The notes under the pieces: generated by a model
The model's input: the letters and a program-made list of their open reading frames with translations, nothing else
What the model was told of the DNA's origin: nothing
The model's database searches: none
Translations under genes and position numbers: made by a program
Assembly (NCBI GenBank): GCA_025454795.1
Contig: JALONT010000008.1
Location: forward strand, 21,423-85,422
Direction of reading: 5' to 3'
Origin: Bacteroidales bacterium
GTDB lineage: Bacteria > Bacteroidota > Bacteroidia > Bacteroidales > VadinHA17
DNA length: 64,000 bases
In this document: positions 1 through 9,594 of the stretch, one piece after another
Position numbering within the stretch: position 1 is the first letter of the stretch
How the letters are laid out: each line of letters begins with the position of its first letter

Positions 1-158
1 CAGGATTGCATTCCGATTATCATACACCGGGAGATGTTATCGAAAAGATCGATTTTAATAAATTGGAGATAGTCACAAAAACCATGTTCCGTATTGGCTA
101 TAATATAGCAAACAGGAAGACAAGAATTGTAGTTGATAATCCTTTCAGCAAATGGTGA
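1..158 (+). CDS. C-terminal fragment of an M28-family metallopeptidase (5' end lies outside the window)
   Basis: The frame open from position 3 to TGA at 156-158 translates GLHSDYHTPGDVIEKIDFNKLEIVTKTMFRIGYNIANRKTRIVVDNPFSKW. An H-x-D-Y-H-T-P-x-D segment near the C-terminus is typical of M28 aminopeptidases. The stop overlaps the next ATG (ATGGTGA). Confidence 0.5.
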   Translation, partial: GLHSDYHTPGDVIEKIDFNKLEIVTKTMFRIGYNIANRKTRIVVDNPFSKW

Positions 159-1075
159 AAAAACTTATTACCAGGAAAAAATTCATTGCCTCAGCGATAA
201 CCGGGATTGCAGGCATAAGTCTCATTAACAATTCAGTAAAAGCTGAATCTTTTGAAGCCAGGGCTTTAAGAAGCATCGGCAATACAGGATTAAGTGTTGC
301 TCCTGTCGGCTTAGGAGCAACACGTACAAATGAAGAATCACTGATAAAATATGCCATAAACAAAGGCATAAACTTCATCGAGACCGGTCGTGTATATAGC
401 AATGGGAATAATGAACTTCTTGTCGGAAGTGCCCTTGCAGGAATGCGAAAGAATGTGGTGATCCAGTCCAAAATAAAACTCGAATGGAATGAACTTCCTT
501 CAAAAGGCAAAGGGAAAAAAGGAGCCGACGAGGTAAGAGGAGCTCTCATGTCAAAACTGGAAGCCAGCCTTAAAGCACTCAATACAGATTATATCGACAT
601 ATTGCTTTGTCATGACGCACTTGATGAAAATTTACTTTTCCATCCGGAAACTGTGAGGTTCTTCTCAGATATGAAAAAAGCCGGAACCATAAAGGCTAAT
701 GGGTTTTCAACGCACAATGATTATATGAACCTGCCGGCAAGGAACAACCTGGAAAAATTTTATGATGTCATTATGGTACCCTTTAATCACAAGGGATCTT
801 TCATACACTCAGTCTCCGGAAGGTATTCCGAATGGGACCAGGTAAAACTTATAAGCATCCTTGAGGAAGCATATAATAAAGGTATCGGGGTGATTGCCAT
901 GAAAACCTGTTCCGGAGGAAAATTTTCTCCTTCGCCTGAAACAGAGGAGAGTTACAGGAAGGCTGTTAACTGGGTTCTTCAGAAGAAGTACATTGGCGCT
1001 GCAGCTGTTGCCATGTCAACCTTTGAGCAGGTTGATGAACATATTGGTCTGCTCAATGAGCTGTCAAAAAAGTAA
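152..1075 (+). CDS. aldo/keto reductase family oxidoreductase with an N-terminal Tat-like signal peptide
   Basis: 307-aa ORF with an ATG start. AKR-like segments are GLGATR, INFIETGRVYSNGNNE, DYIDILLCHD and VIAMKTCSGG. The N-terminus TRKKFIASAITGIAGISLINNSVKA resembles a Tat leader. Confidence 0.75.
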   Translation: MVKKLITRKKFIASAITGIAGISLINNSVKAESFEARALRSIGNTGLSVAPVGLGATRTNEESLIKYAINKGINFIETGRVYSNGNNELLVGSALAGMRKNVVIQSKIKLEWNELPSKGKGKKGADEVRGALMSKLEASLKALNTDYIDILLCHDALDENLLFHPETVRFFSDMKKAGTIKANGFSTHNDYMNLPARNNLEKFYDVIMVPFNHKGSFIHSVSGRYSEWDQVKLISILEEAYNKGIGVIAMKTCSGGKFSPSPETEESYRKAVNWVLQKKYIGAAAVAMSTFEQVDEHIGLLNELSKK

Positions 1076-1093
1076 TCCTTGCTTTTAATAAGG

Positions 1094-2896
1094 TTACTTT
1101 TTAACTGTAAAGAAACTTTGAATTGCCTCCTTATATCTTTTGTCAATATCCGGAATGCCATTCCCGTTAGAATCCTTCATCGACGATAAATATTCCATCA
1201 GGGCAAGCCACTCCTTCCCTTCCTGCAAACCTTCTCTGCTTTCGTCAAAATCTATAATGGCATCCTTCATTACAGTAATTGGATTCCCCATTGCATCTTT
1301 CAGTACAACATTAATGAGACCGAAGCTCATTTTTTTAATAATGCTCACATTTTCAAGCATATATGAACTGGCAGCTATCGAATATAGAGTTTTGTTATTT
1401 TTCGAGAAATCTACATTGGCACTAGTTCCATCAGGATGAATAATAGTAATTTTGCTAATCTTTCTCAGTAATCCCTTCTTAGGATCAAATTCGACCCTCA
1501 GACCTGAATAATAACAATAATTTCCCGGCGTAGATTTATATGCAATCTGTAGTACCTCGAGTGCTTTTTTAAGTTCTTTCCCTGTTAAAAAGGCCCTTGC
1601 CAGTGGATACCCTGGCACATTATCATTACCATTTCCCATCGACATGACCCTGAAAACATCAGGAGCAGATTGCAGTCCGGGTACAAATTTATCACGGATA
1701 ACTCCCACAGCAACCATGCTGATATCTGTTCCTGGTTTGACATGGTTGTTTACATATTTGTGAATAGCATCAGCAACCATGGGACCGAGATTACTTCCTT
1801 TAATGTCGCCGAGCTCAACGCACTCAAGGAGAAAATCCGTTTCTGTAACTGTCTTTTCGTAATCCAATCCAAGCGGACTCAGAATTTTCTTTGTTATTTC
1901 TTTTTTCTGATCTTCAACCATCTGGTTTATACCAGGATCGCCTTCAATCCTGTCATTAACCGGAATAAGAGAATATCCATCAACAGTAACAATACCATTA
2001 TTATATGTAAGCGATAATTTGCCAACATACTGCCCATTTACACCGGCCTGAACAACAGGAATACCGTTCACGATTAATGGTTCTTCCAGTTCTGTATGTG
2101 AATGACCGCTGATGATCACATCAATCCCTTTTACCTTTTTTGCCAGGTTAAAATCTTCACCTTTCCATTTCCCGTTCTTATCCTTTTTGACACCTGAATG
2201 AGAAAGACAGATAATCAGGTCGCATTTCTCATCCCGGAGTTCTTTTACAAGTTTCTTTGCTGCCGGTATCTGTTTTGAAAAAGTTACCGGAGGAGCAAAC
2301 GCAGCATTGTCGTCTGCTTCTACCCCCATTAGCGAAAAGAATCCAAACTTAAGGCCACCCTTCTCAAGTATAAACTTTCTCTTTATTGTACCATCTGAAA
2401 AAAGTTGCTCCAGAGAATTGTCTCCCGGATCATTTTTATCGAACTGTGCATTGCTTAAAAGAGTAGCAGGTATTTCACCTCTCTTTTTTGCAGAAGATAC
2501 TATTTCAGATAGTTTTTCAGGTCCATAATCAAATTCATGGTTTCCCAGGCATACGACATCATAACCCATGTCATTCATTAACCCAAGCTGAAATCCCGTT
2601 GTCGTTTCGAGCGCCTGGAAAAGTGTTCCCATAAGGAAATCTCCTGCGTCAAGGACAAGGTTAATATCTTTGTTCTTATCTTTCTCCTCCTTAATTACAG
2701 TGGCGATTCGTGCAAACCCTCCAACGGTATTGTCATCATTCACTGTAAGCGGAGTGTATGATGCTTCAGGCGCATACCCCGTGACCCTGGAATGTATATC
2801 ATTGGTGTGAAGGATCACGATTTTTCTTTCCTGCTGTGCTGCCAGAGGAATAAAGAAAAAGGCTAAAAAGAAAAAAGTAAATGACTTTTTCATCAT
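1094..2896 (-). CDS. bifunctional metallophosphatase / 5'-nucleotidase (UshA-like), secreted
   Basis: 600 aa with a signal peptide. Calcineurin-type motifs are ILHTNDIHSR, DAGDF, GNHEFD and SGHSHT, followed by a C-terminal 5'-nucleotidase-like domain. Confidence 0.85.
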   Translation of the reverse strand: MMKKSFTFFFLAFFFIPLAAQQERKIVILHTNDIHSRVTGYAPEASYTPLTVNDDNTVGGFARIATVIKEEKDKNKDINLVLDAGDFLMGTLFQALETTTGFQLGLMNDMGYDVVCLGNHEFDYGPEKLSEIVSSAKKRGEIPATLLSNAQFDKNDPGDNSLEQLFSDGTIKRKFILEKGGLKFGFFSLMGVEADDNAAFAPPVTFSKQIPAAKKLVKELRDEKCDLIICLSHSGVKKDKNGKWKGEDFNLAKKVKGIDVIISGHSHTELEEPLIVNGIPVVQAGVNGQYVGKLSLTYNNGIVTVDGYSLIPVNDRIEGDPGINQMVEDQKKEITKKILSPLGLDYEKTVTETDFLLECVELGDIKGSNLGPMVADAIHKYVNNHVKPGTDISMVAVGVIRDKFVPGLQSAPDVFRVMSMGNGNDNVPGYPLARAFLTGKELKKALEVLQIAYKSTPGNYCYYSGLRVEFDPKKGLLRKISKITIIHPDGTSANVDFSKNNKTLYSIAASSYMLENVSIIKKMSFGLINVVLKDAMGNPITVMKDAIIDFDESREGLQEGKEWLALMEYLSSMKDSNGNGIPDIDKRYKEAIQSFFTVKK

Positions 2897-2927
2897 ATTA
2901 TCATTTAGAAATATAAAAATACAAAAA

Positions 2928-4217
2928 TTATATTATCTCAGCCACAACGAAGGTACTTCCCCCGATAAAAATCAGATCATCCTTAGAAGCTTTTTCCTGT
3001 GCTGCCTTAAGTGCCATATTTACATCAGGATAGCTATTCCCGACAAGTCCGTACCGGGATGCTTTCAACCGAAGCTCATTCTCATCAAGAGCCCTCAGAA
3101 CAGTGGCTTTTGTGAAATAATAATTTGCCTTTACGGGGAAAAGAGGAAGTACTGAAGTCAGATCCTTATCACTGACAAAACCGATGATTAAATGTAAATT
3201 TGCCGGGGTATATTTCATTATCTGCCGTATTACATATTCAAGTCCTTCCTTGTTATGCCCGGTATCACATATAGTAAGAGGATCAGTGCTTAGTATCTGC
3301 CATCGCCCCTGTAATCCTGTATTTATAACAACTTTTTTTATACCTTCTTTAAGATTCCTTTCAGAAATTTTAAGTGTACCTTTTACACTCTTATAAAATC
3401 CGAACAGTGTCTGAATATTTTTCTGCTGATAATCCCCACCCAGAGGAATTGTACCGGAATACTTCCGGTTGTCCTGCAAATCATTTATCATATAGCGCCG
3501 CCCGCCTTTAATAGACTCAGAATCCTCAAAAAAGCAACTGAAATTCCTGTCGGCAAAAATGATCTCTGATCCTTTTTCTTCAGCCACTGCGGTAAATACT
3601 TTTTTTGTTTCCGGCTGAGTTTCACCAATAACAACCGGAACACCCTTCTTGATTATCCCTGCCTTCTCTGATGCAACTTTTTCCATTGTATCACCAAGAA
3701 TGTCCATATGATCATGTCCGATATTTGTTATTACTGAAATCAGAGGTATGATAATGTTTGTTGAATCGAGCCTCCCTCCGAGGCCGACTTCAATGACAGC
3801 TATATCGACTTTCTCCCTGGCAAAATAATCAAATGCCATTGCAACTGTCATCTCAAAGAATGATGGTTTTAGCGAATCAATTATACTCCTGTGTGACTGA
3901 ACAAAAAGCACCACCTCACTTTCAGGAATCATCTCACCGTTTATCCTGATCCTTTCCCTGAAATCTCTGAGATGCGGTGAAGTATAAAGGCCTGTCCTGT
4001 AACCTGCCTCCTGCAGAACTGATGCGATCATATGAGACACAGATCCTTTTCCGTTTGTCCCGGCAACATGTATAGTTTTAAATTTCAGGTGGGGATGACC
4101 AAAATATTTATCAAGAGCAAGGATATTATCCAGACTATCCTTATAAGCAGCTTTACCAATCCTGTGGTATGCCGGCAACCGGCTATAAAGGAAATGCACA
4201 GTCTCTTTATATGTCAT
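2928..4217 (-). CDS. folC: bifunctional folylpolyglutamate synthase / dihydrofolate synthase
   Basis: Mur-ligase P-loop HVAGTNGKGS, plus DIAVIEVGLGGRLDSTN and GHDH. I chose the start at the ATG of MTYKETVHFLY (4217). The track start at 4232 lies inside the heptamer repeat. Confidence 0.85.
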   Translation of the reverse strand: MTYKETVHFLYSRLPAYHRIGKAAYKDSLDNILALDKYFGHPHLKFKTIHVAGTNGKGSVSHMIASVLQEAGYRTGLYTSPHLRDFRERIRINGEMIPESEVVLFVQSHRSIIDSLKPSFFEMTVAMAFDYFAREKVDIAVIEVGLGGRLDSTNIIIPLISVITNIGHDHMDILGDTMEKVASEKAGIIKKGVPVVIGETQPETKKVFTAVAEEKGSEIIFADRNFSCFFEDSESIKGGRRYMINDLQDNRKYSGTIPLGGDYQQKNIQTLFGFYKSVKGTLKISERNLKEGIKKVVINTGLQGRWQILSTDPLTICDTGHNKEGLEYVIRQIMKYTPANLHLIIGFVSDKDLTSVLPLFPVKANYYFTKATVLRALDENELRLKASRYGLVGNSYPDVNMALKAAQEKASKDDLIFIGGSTFVVAEII

Positions 4218-4222
4218 ATAGG

Positions 4223-4306
4223 CATCAGGCATCAGGCATCAGGCATCAGGCGTCAGGCGTCAGGCATCAGGCGTCAGGCGTCAGGCATCAGGCGACAGGC
4301 GACAGG
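4223..4306. repeat. 12-unit heptanucleotide tandem repeat (CATCAGG/CGTCAGG/CGACAGG) with a 21-bp higher-order period
   Basis: Direct reading gives CATCAGG x4, CGTCAGG x2, CATCAGG, CGTCAGG x2, CATCAGG, CGACAGG x2. The array lies between the divergent folC and the PIN-PhoH gene and starts 6 nt from the folC ATG. Confidence 0.95.
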
Positions 4307-4408
4307 ATTCTTCATCTCTAATCACTACAAACTTCAGGCTCTTTAGTCACTTTCTTTTACAAATTAACATACTTTCAACATGGATACCAATTAATACTAT
4401 AATTTCGT

Positions 4409-4416
4409 TATTTTTG
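4409..4416 (+). promoter_or_regulatory. candidate Bacteroidota -7 promoter box (TATTTTTG) upstream of the PIN-PhoH gene
   Basis: Matches the TAnnTTTG consensus of Bacteroidetes sigma-A promoters, about 60 nt upstream of the ATG at 4475. Confidence 0.3.
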
Positions 4417-4474
4417 CAGAGCAGACGGCAAGTGACACAACTTTGATATTCTGCTGATTTTAAAGTACTTAACC

Positions 4475-5809
4475 ATGGTAAAGAAACATAACAAGAAACT
4501 TTTCATTATTGATACAAATGTCCTCCTTCACGACTATAAATGCATTTATAATTTTGAGGAAAATGACGTTATTATTCCAATAGTGGTACTGGAAGAGCTG
4601 GATAAATTCAAGAGAGGCAACGATATCATCAACTTCCATGCCCGGGAGTTCACCAGGGAGCTTGACAAACTATCCGGCGACATGCTGCTTACTGCCAATA
4701 TTCCCCTTGGTGAAAATCTTGGCAATCTTCACATTGAAACAGGAAGGGACTTTTCGGAAAAGGTAAACCAATCTTTCCCGGAAAGAACTGCTGATCATCG
4801 TATACTGGCAATTTCTGAATATGTACGCACTGCAAACAAGGATAAAACAGTTGTCCTGATAACCAAGGACATCAACTTACGGATGAAAGCCAAATCGCTT
4901 GGCATTATTGCTCAGGACTATGAAAATGACAAGGTCGCAAATATTGACGACCTCTACAAAGGAATAAAGGTGCTTGAGGGTGTCAACCATGATCTCATAA
5001 GCAAACTTTATGAGATACCGGACGGGGTAAGTTCCGACGAATTCAAGCTTGAATCTGATCTGAAAGGACACCAGTTTTTCATAATGAAAAACAACGGATC
5101 CAGTGCTCTTGCTCATTATAATCCTGTAAATAAAATACTTAACAGGGTTATCAAGCAGACTACTTATGGCATCGATCCGCGGAACGCTGAACAAACTTTT
5201 GCACTTGATGCTCTGGCAAATCCTGATATTCAGCTTGTTTCACTTACCGGCAAGGCAGGTACGGGAAAGACATTGCTGGCTCTTGCAGCTGCTCTCGCAC
5301 AGCACAAAAGATATAAGCAGATATTCCTTGCCCGCCCTATCGTTCCTCTTGCCAATCGCGATCTGGGGTTTCTTCCGGGGGATGTAAAGGAGAAAATGGA
5401 TCCCTATATGCAGCCATTATATGATAATCTTACAGTAATAAAGCATAAGTTCAGTCATCAGAGTCCGGAATTCATGCGTATCAACGAAATGGTGAAAGAA
5501 GAAAAACTGGTAATCACACCACTTGCATATATCAGGGGAAGAAGCCTTTCAAGCATTTTCTTTATAGTCGACGAAGCTCAGAATCTTACCCCGCACGAAA
5601 TAAAAACCATAATCACCCGGGCCGGTGAAGGAACAAAAATGGTATTTACCGGCGATATCGAACAGATTGATTCACCATACCTCGACACTGCTTCCAACGG
5701 ATTAAGTTACCTGTCGGACAAAATGAAGAACCAGGATATCTTTGCACATGTTAACCTTGTCAAAGGAGAACGAAGTTTCCTGGCAGAACTGGCAAGCAAA
5801 TTATTGTAA
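4475..5809 (+). CDS. PhoH-like ATPase with N-terminal PIN domain (PhoH2/YlaK type)
   Basis: 444 aa. PIN-like N-terminus (FIIDTNVLLHD, VVLEELD, ITKDINLR), Walker A GKAGTGKT, and the PhoH segment FFIVDEAQNLTPHE. Confidence 0.85.
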   Translation: MVKKHNKKLFIIDTNVLLHDYKCIYNFEENDVIIPIVVLEELDKFKRGNDIINFHAREFTRELDKLSGDMLLTANIPLGENLGNLHIETGRDFSEKVNQSFPERTADHRILAISEYVRTANKDKTVVLITKDINLRMKAKSLGIIAQDYENDKVANIDDLYKGIKVLEGVNHDLISKLYEIPDGVSSDEFKLESDLKGHQFFIMKNNGSSALAHYNPVNKILNRVIKQTTYGIDPRNAEQTFALDALANPDIQLVSLTGKAGTGKTLLALAAALAQHKRYKQIFLARPIVPLANRDLGFLPGDVKEKMDPYMQPLYDNLTVIKHKFSHQSPEFMRINEMVKEEKLVITPLAYIRGRSLSSIFFIVDEAQNLTPHEIKTIITRAGEGTKMVFTGDIEQIDSPYLDTASNGLSYLSDKMKNQDIFAHVNLVKGERSFLAELASKLL

Positions 5810-5833
5810 TAATCTATAAACCAAAAAATCACA

Positions 5834-6517
5834 ATGAAAATCAAATCAATTCAAATAATGGTTCTCCTGGTTTTATTCCTTACAGGAGTCTCTGCAGATT
5901 CATTTACACAGGGAAAAGAGAAAAAGGTAAAGAATTCCAAAAAAGTCAAAACAGAACAAATTAAACTTTTCAACGGTAAAGATCTCAGCAACTGGGCTTT
6001 TCATCTGAAAGACCCCTCTGCAGATCCCGCAAAAGTTTTTATGGTACAGAATGGGGTAATTCATATAACAGGAAGTCCCTTCGGATACATGCGAACAATA
6101 GATACATATTCAGATTATAGCCTGCATGTTGAATGGCGATGGCCTTCAGAAGCAACAAACAGCGGGGTATTTATACATGTACAATTGCCTGATACAATCT
6201 GGCCAAGATGTATTGAATGCCAGCTGGCTGCAGGAAATGCAGGTGATTTTATCTGTGCTAATGGCTCTGATATGAATGAACGCACTGATAAATCAAAAAA
6301 ACCTGTCAAAAAAATGGCTGCCTCCTCAGAAAAGCCGGTTGGTGAATGGAATACTATGGAGGTCATCTGCAAAACAAATAACATTGAAGTAAGTATTAAC
6401 GGAGTCCTTCAGAATAAAGGAACCGGGCTGAGTATCAGTAAAGGACATATCTGTCTCCAGAGTGAAGGAAAAGATATCGAATTCAGAAATGTAGTTCTCA
6501 CTAAACTTAAAAAATGA
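5834..6517 (+). CDS. DUF1080 (3-keto-disaccharide hydrolase-like) domain protein, secreted
   Basis: 227 aa with a signal peptide. LFNGKDLSNW, SDYSLHVEWRW, NSGVF, and a terminal ICLQSEGKDIEFRNV are typical of DUF1080. Confidence 0.75.
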   Translation: MKIKSIQIMVLLVLFLTGVSADSFTQGKEKKVKNSKKVKTEQIKLFNGKDLSNWAFHLKDPSADPAKVFMVQNGVIHITGSPFGYMRTIDTYSDYSLHVEWRWPSEATNSGVFIHVQLPDTIWPRCIECQLAAGNAGDFICANGSDMNERTDKSKKPVKKMAASSEKPVGEWNTMEVICKTNNIEVSINGVLQNKGTGLSISKGHICLQSEGKDIEFRNVVLTKLKK

Positions 6518-6591
6518 GTATTATCCAAAAATGCTATAAGGGTATTTCTTTGCGAAACCTGGTGCCTTAGTGCCTTTGTGGCAAAATATTT

Positions 6592-7896
6592 ATGAACACA
6601 AGAAAGAAGAAAGTAGCATTTCACACACTCGGATGTAAACTAAATTTTGCCGAAACATCAACGATTTCAAGATCATTTCCTGAAGAGCAGTTTGAAAAAG
6701 TCCCTGCCGGCAGGAAAGCAGATGTATATATTATAAATACATGTTCTGTAACAGATGTTGCTGACCGGAAATGCCGCCAGGCCATTAAAAAGTTCATCAA
6801 CCAGTCACCGGATGCTTTTATTGCAGTTGTCGGCTGTTATGCACAGCTTAAACCGCAGGAGATATCAGCAATTCCGGGAGTTGATCTGGTCCTGGGTATT
6901 AATGAAAAATTTAATATTGCCGGATACCTGACTTCACTTGAAAAAAAGAAAAACGGAGAGATCCACTCATGCGAACTCTCCTCTTCTGACAGGTTCAATA
7001 CGTCATTTTCCATTGGAGACAGAACAAGATCTTTCCTTAAGGTTCAGGATGGTTGTGACTATGGTTGTTCCTACTGTACAATTCCAATGGCAAGAGGTAC
7101 CAGCAAAAACCCTGATATTAATACACTTATAAAAGAGGCTGTAAGTATTGCAGCCGGCGGAGTCAGGGAAATTGTCCTGACCGGGGTTAATATCGGGGAC
7201 TTTGGCAAATCCACCGGTGATACATTTTATTCTCTTCTTAAAGAGCTTATAAAAGTCAACGGCATCGAGAGGTACAGGATCTCTTCCATCGAACCCAACC
7301 TTTTAACTGATGAGATAATTGATCTGTCTGCAGGCAATACAAAGATCCTGCCCCATTTTCATATCCCGATCCAGAGCGGCAGCAACAATGTCCTCAGGCT
7401 TATGAGAAGAAGGTACAAGAGGGAGGTATTTGCTGACAGGATAAAGAGGATCCGGGAAGTCTTACCTCTGGCAGGGATCGGTGCTGATGTAATTGTCGGT
7501 TTCCCCGGGGAAATGGCTGCAGATTTTCAGGAGACATACAATTTTCTGGAGAACCTTCCACTTTCCTACCTGCACGTTTTTACCTTCTCGGAACGTCCCG
7601 GGACTATTGCCGCAGAGATGCCGGGTAAAGTAAACCACAATGAAAAAGAGTCAAGGAGTAAAAAGCTTATTGCTCTTTCCGGTTCTAAACACCTTGAATT
7701 TCTTAAACTTAATTCGGGACATACTGCCAGTGTGCTTTTTGAAAGAACAAAGAGCAGCGGAATGATAACAGGTTACACCGGCAACTATATCAGGGTGGAA
7801 TATCTCTGGCAGACCAGCCTCTCCGGTCAGATAAGAAATGTATTTCTGAAGGATATTTCATATGATGGAAGAATGAACATTGAATTACTTGACTGA
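6592..7896 (+). CDS. mtaB: tRNA (N6-threonylcarbamoyladenosine37-C2)-methylthiotransferase
   Basis: 434 aa. The MTTase N-domain (FHTLGCKLN, INTCSV), the radical-SAM cluster CDYGCSYCTIP and a C-terminal TRAM-like segment are present. Confidence 0.85.
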   Translation: MNTRKKKVAFHTLGCKLNFAETSTISRSFPEEQFEKVPAGRKADVYIINTCSVTDVADRKCRQAIKKFINQSPDAFIAVVGCYAQLKPQEISAIPGVDLVLGINEKFNIAGYLTSLEKKKNGEIHSCELSSSDRFNTSFSIGDRTRSFLKVQDGCDYGCSYCTIPMARGTSKNPDINTLIKEAVSIAAGGVREIVLTGVNIGDFGKSTGDTFYSLLKELIKVNGIERYRISSIEPNLLTDEIIDLSAGNTKILPHFHIPIQSGSNNVLRLMRRRYKREVFADRIKRIREVLPLAGIGADVIVGFPGEMAADFQETYNFLENLPLSYLHVFTFSERPGTIAAEMPGKVNHNEKESRSKKLIALSGSKHLEFLKLNSGHTASVLFERTKSSGMITGYTGNYIRVEYLWQTSLSGQIRNVFLKDISYDGRMNIELLD

Positions 7897-7898
7897 AA

Positions 7899-8696
7899 AT
7901 GATTGACTATAAAAAAATCTGCACCGAGGTTGAAGCGGTTGTACGCAGAACGGGAGAATTCATTCTGAAAGAATCAGAAGGATTCGATATCAGCCGGACA
8001 GAAACCAAAGGGCTTCACGATTTGGTAAGCTATGTTGACAAGGGATCTGAAAAGATGCTTGTTGACAGGCTAAGCATAATCCTTCCTGAGGCAGGCTTCC
8101 TTACAGAAGAGGGAACATCCGTAAAAAAAGGTCTCAGATACTGCTGGGTAATTGATCCTCTTGATGGTACCACAAACTTTGTACATGGGGTTCATCCTTT
8201 TGCAATAAGTGTTGCACTTATGGAGGATGATCAGGCTGTAGCAGGAGTGGTTTATGAAGTGGGTGGAAATGAGTCTTTTACTTCGTGGAAAAATGGAGGG
8301 GCCTGGCTTAACGGAAATCAGATCCATGTATCTGGTGCAGATAAGCTATCAGAAAGCCTTGTTGCAACAGGATTCCCTTACAGCAATTTCAGCCATATCG
8401 AAAAGTATATGGATTGCCTGACATATTTCTGCAAAACGACCCATGGAGTAAGGAGGCTTGGATCAGCTGCCATTGATCTTGCATATGTTGCATGCGGCAG
8501 GTTTGAAGCTTTCTATGAATATGGATTGAATCCATGGGATGTCGCCGCAGGAATTCTTCTTGTCCGCGAAGCAGGCGGACGTGTCAGCGACTTTGAGGGG
8601 AATGAGAAAAACCTGGATGGCAGGGAAATAGTTGCTTGCAACAGATTCGTTTTCCCGGAATTTCTGGAAAATGTAACTAAATTTATGCACGGTTAG
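7899..8696 (+). CDS. inositol monophosphatase family protein (SuhB-like)
   Basis: 265 aa with the IMPase motifs WVIDPLDGTTNF, GSAAIDLAYVACGR and WDVAAG. Confidence 0.85.
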   Translation: MIDYKKICTEVEAVVRRTGEFILKESEGFDISRTETKGLHDLVSYVDKGSEKMLVDRLSIILPEAGFLTEEGTSVKKGLRYCWVIDPLDGTTNFVHGVHPFAISVALMEDDQAVAGVVYEVGGNESFTSWKNGGAWLNGNQIHVSGADKLSESLVATGFPYSNFSHIEKYMDCLTYFCKTTHGVRRLGSAAIDLAYVACGRFEAFYEYGLNPWDVAAGILLVREAGGRVSDFEGNEKNLDGREIVACNRFVFPEFLENVTKFMHG

Positions 8697-8709
8697 AAAT
8701 TCTCTGATA

Positions 8710-9594
8710 ATGAAAGTCACCGGATATTATATCTTTTATACATTTATCTGGATAGTTACTCTGCTGCCTCTCAGGGTGTTATACATTTTTTCTGATATCC
8801 TGTTCCTGATTTTATACAGGATCCCCGGTTATCGGAAAAAAACTGTTGCAACAAACCTGAAAAACTCCCTTCCTGAAAAAACTCCTGAAGAACTGCATGT
8901 GATTGAAAAAAAATTCTACCATCATCTCTGCGACCTGTTCATTGAGACATTCAAGCTCACTCATATGAGTGACAGGACACTGATGAAACATTTCCGGGTG
9001 ACAAATACTGAACTTCTCGACAGGCTTCACAGTGAAGGCCGTGATATAATTGCTGCCCTTGGTCATTATGGAAACTGGGAATGGCTGGCCATTCTTCCAC
9101 TGATGACGAAATTTAAGGTTGTCTCTGTTTATAAACCCCTCCAAAACAAACATTTTGACAGGTTTATGATTAACATCCGGTCTAAAAAAGGGATGATGCT
9201 TTCACCAATGAAGTATGTCATCAGGGAGGTTTTAAAAAACAGAAAGAACAATATCAGAACTCTATATGCATTCATAACAGATCAGATACCTTCCAGGGGT
9301 GATATTAATTTCTGGACTAACTTTCTGAACCAGGAGACACCCGTCTATCTTGGCGCCGAAAAGGTCTCTTCAAAATATGATATGGCTATGGTTTTTTTCA
9401 TAATACGAAAGATTAACAGGGGCTATTACGATTTAAATATTGAACTTCTGTTCGAGCATACTGCTGGTCTCCCTGAACACTTCATCACTGAAACGCATGT
9501 TAAAAAACTTGAAGAGGTTATCAGGGCAAATCCCGAATTCTGGATATGGAGCCATCGCAGGTGGAAACACAAAAGAGAACAACAGGATGGTTAA
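8710..9594 (+). CDS. lipid A biosynthesis (LpxL/HtrB-like) lysophospholipid acyltransferase
   Basis: 294 aa. N-terminal TM segment, the HYGNWEW acyltransferase motif, and WIWSHRRWK at the C-terminus. Confidence 0.7.
   Translation: MKVTGYYIFYTFIWIVTLLPLRVLYIFSDILFLILYRIPGYRKKTVATNLKNSLPEKTPEELHVIEKKFYHHLCDLFIETFKLTHMSDRTLMKHFRVTNTELLDRLHSEGRDIIAALGHYGNWEWLAILPLMTKFKVVSVYKPLQNKHFDRFMINIRSKKGMMLSPMKYVIREVLKNRKNNIRTLYAFITDQIPSRGDINFWTNFLNQETPVYLGAEKVSSKYDMAMVFFIIRKINRGYYDLNIELLFEHTAGLPEHFITETHVKKLEEVIRANPEFWIWSHRRWKHKREQQDG

Noticed and set aside
4223-4306. Possible CRISPR array (also considered for 60244-60299 and 25239-25332)
   Set aside because: The units are only 7-10 bp and directly abut each other without spacers, and no cas genes are present. 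These are microsatellite-type tandem repeats.
4032-4346. 104-aa plus-strand ORF with a periodic QASGIRR peptide
   Set aside because: The periodic peptide is simply the translation of the 7-bp tandem array (3 units = 7 codons). The rest of the ORF is antisense to the folC 5' end, so it is not a gene.
4475-5809. PIN-domain protein as a toxin-antitoxin or defence element
   Set aside because: The PIN domain is fused to a full PhoH ATPase (the conserved PhoH2 architecture), with no small antitoxin-like neighbour. The context is housekeeping.
6541-6585. Shared words between the mtaB upstream region (CTTTGCGAAACCTGGTGCCTTAGTGCCTTTGTGGC) and 48280-48305 (CTTTGCGCCCTTTAGTGGC) as another repeat family
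   Set aside because: Only about 7-9 nt words are shared and there is no convincing secondary structure. This is too weak to call without a genome-wide count.
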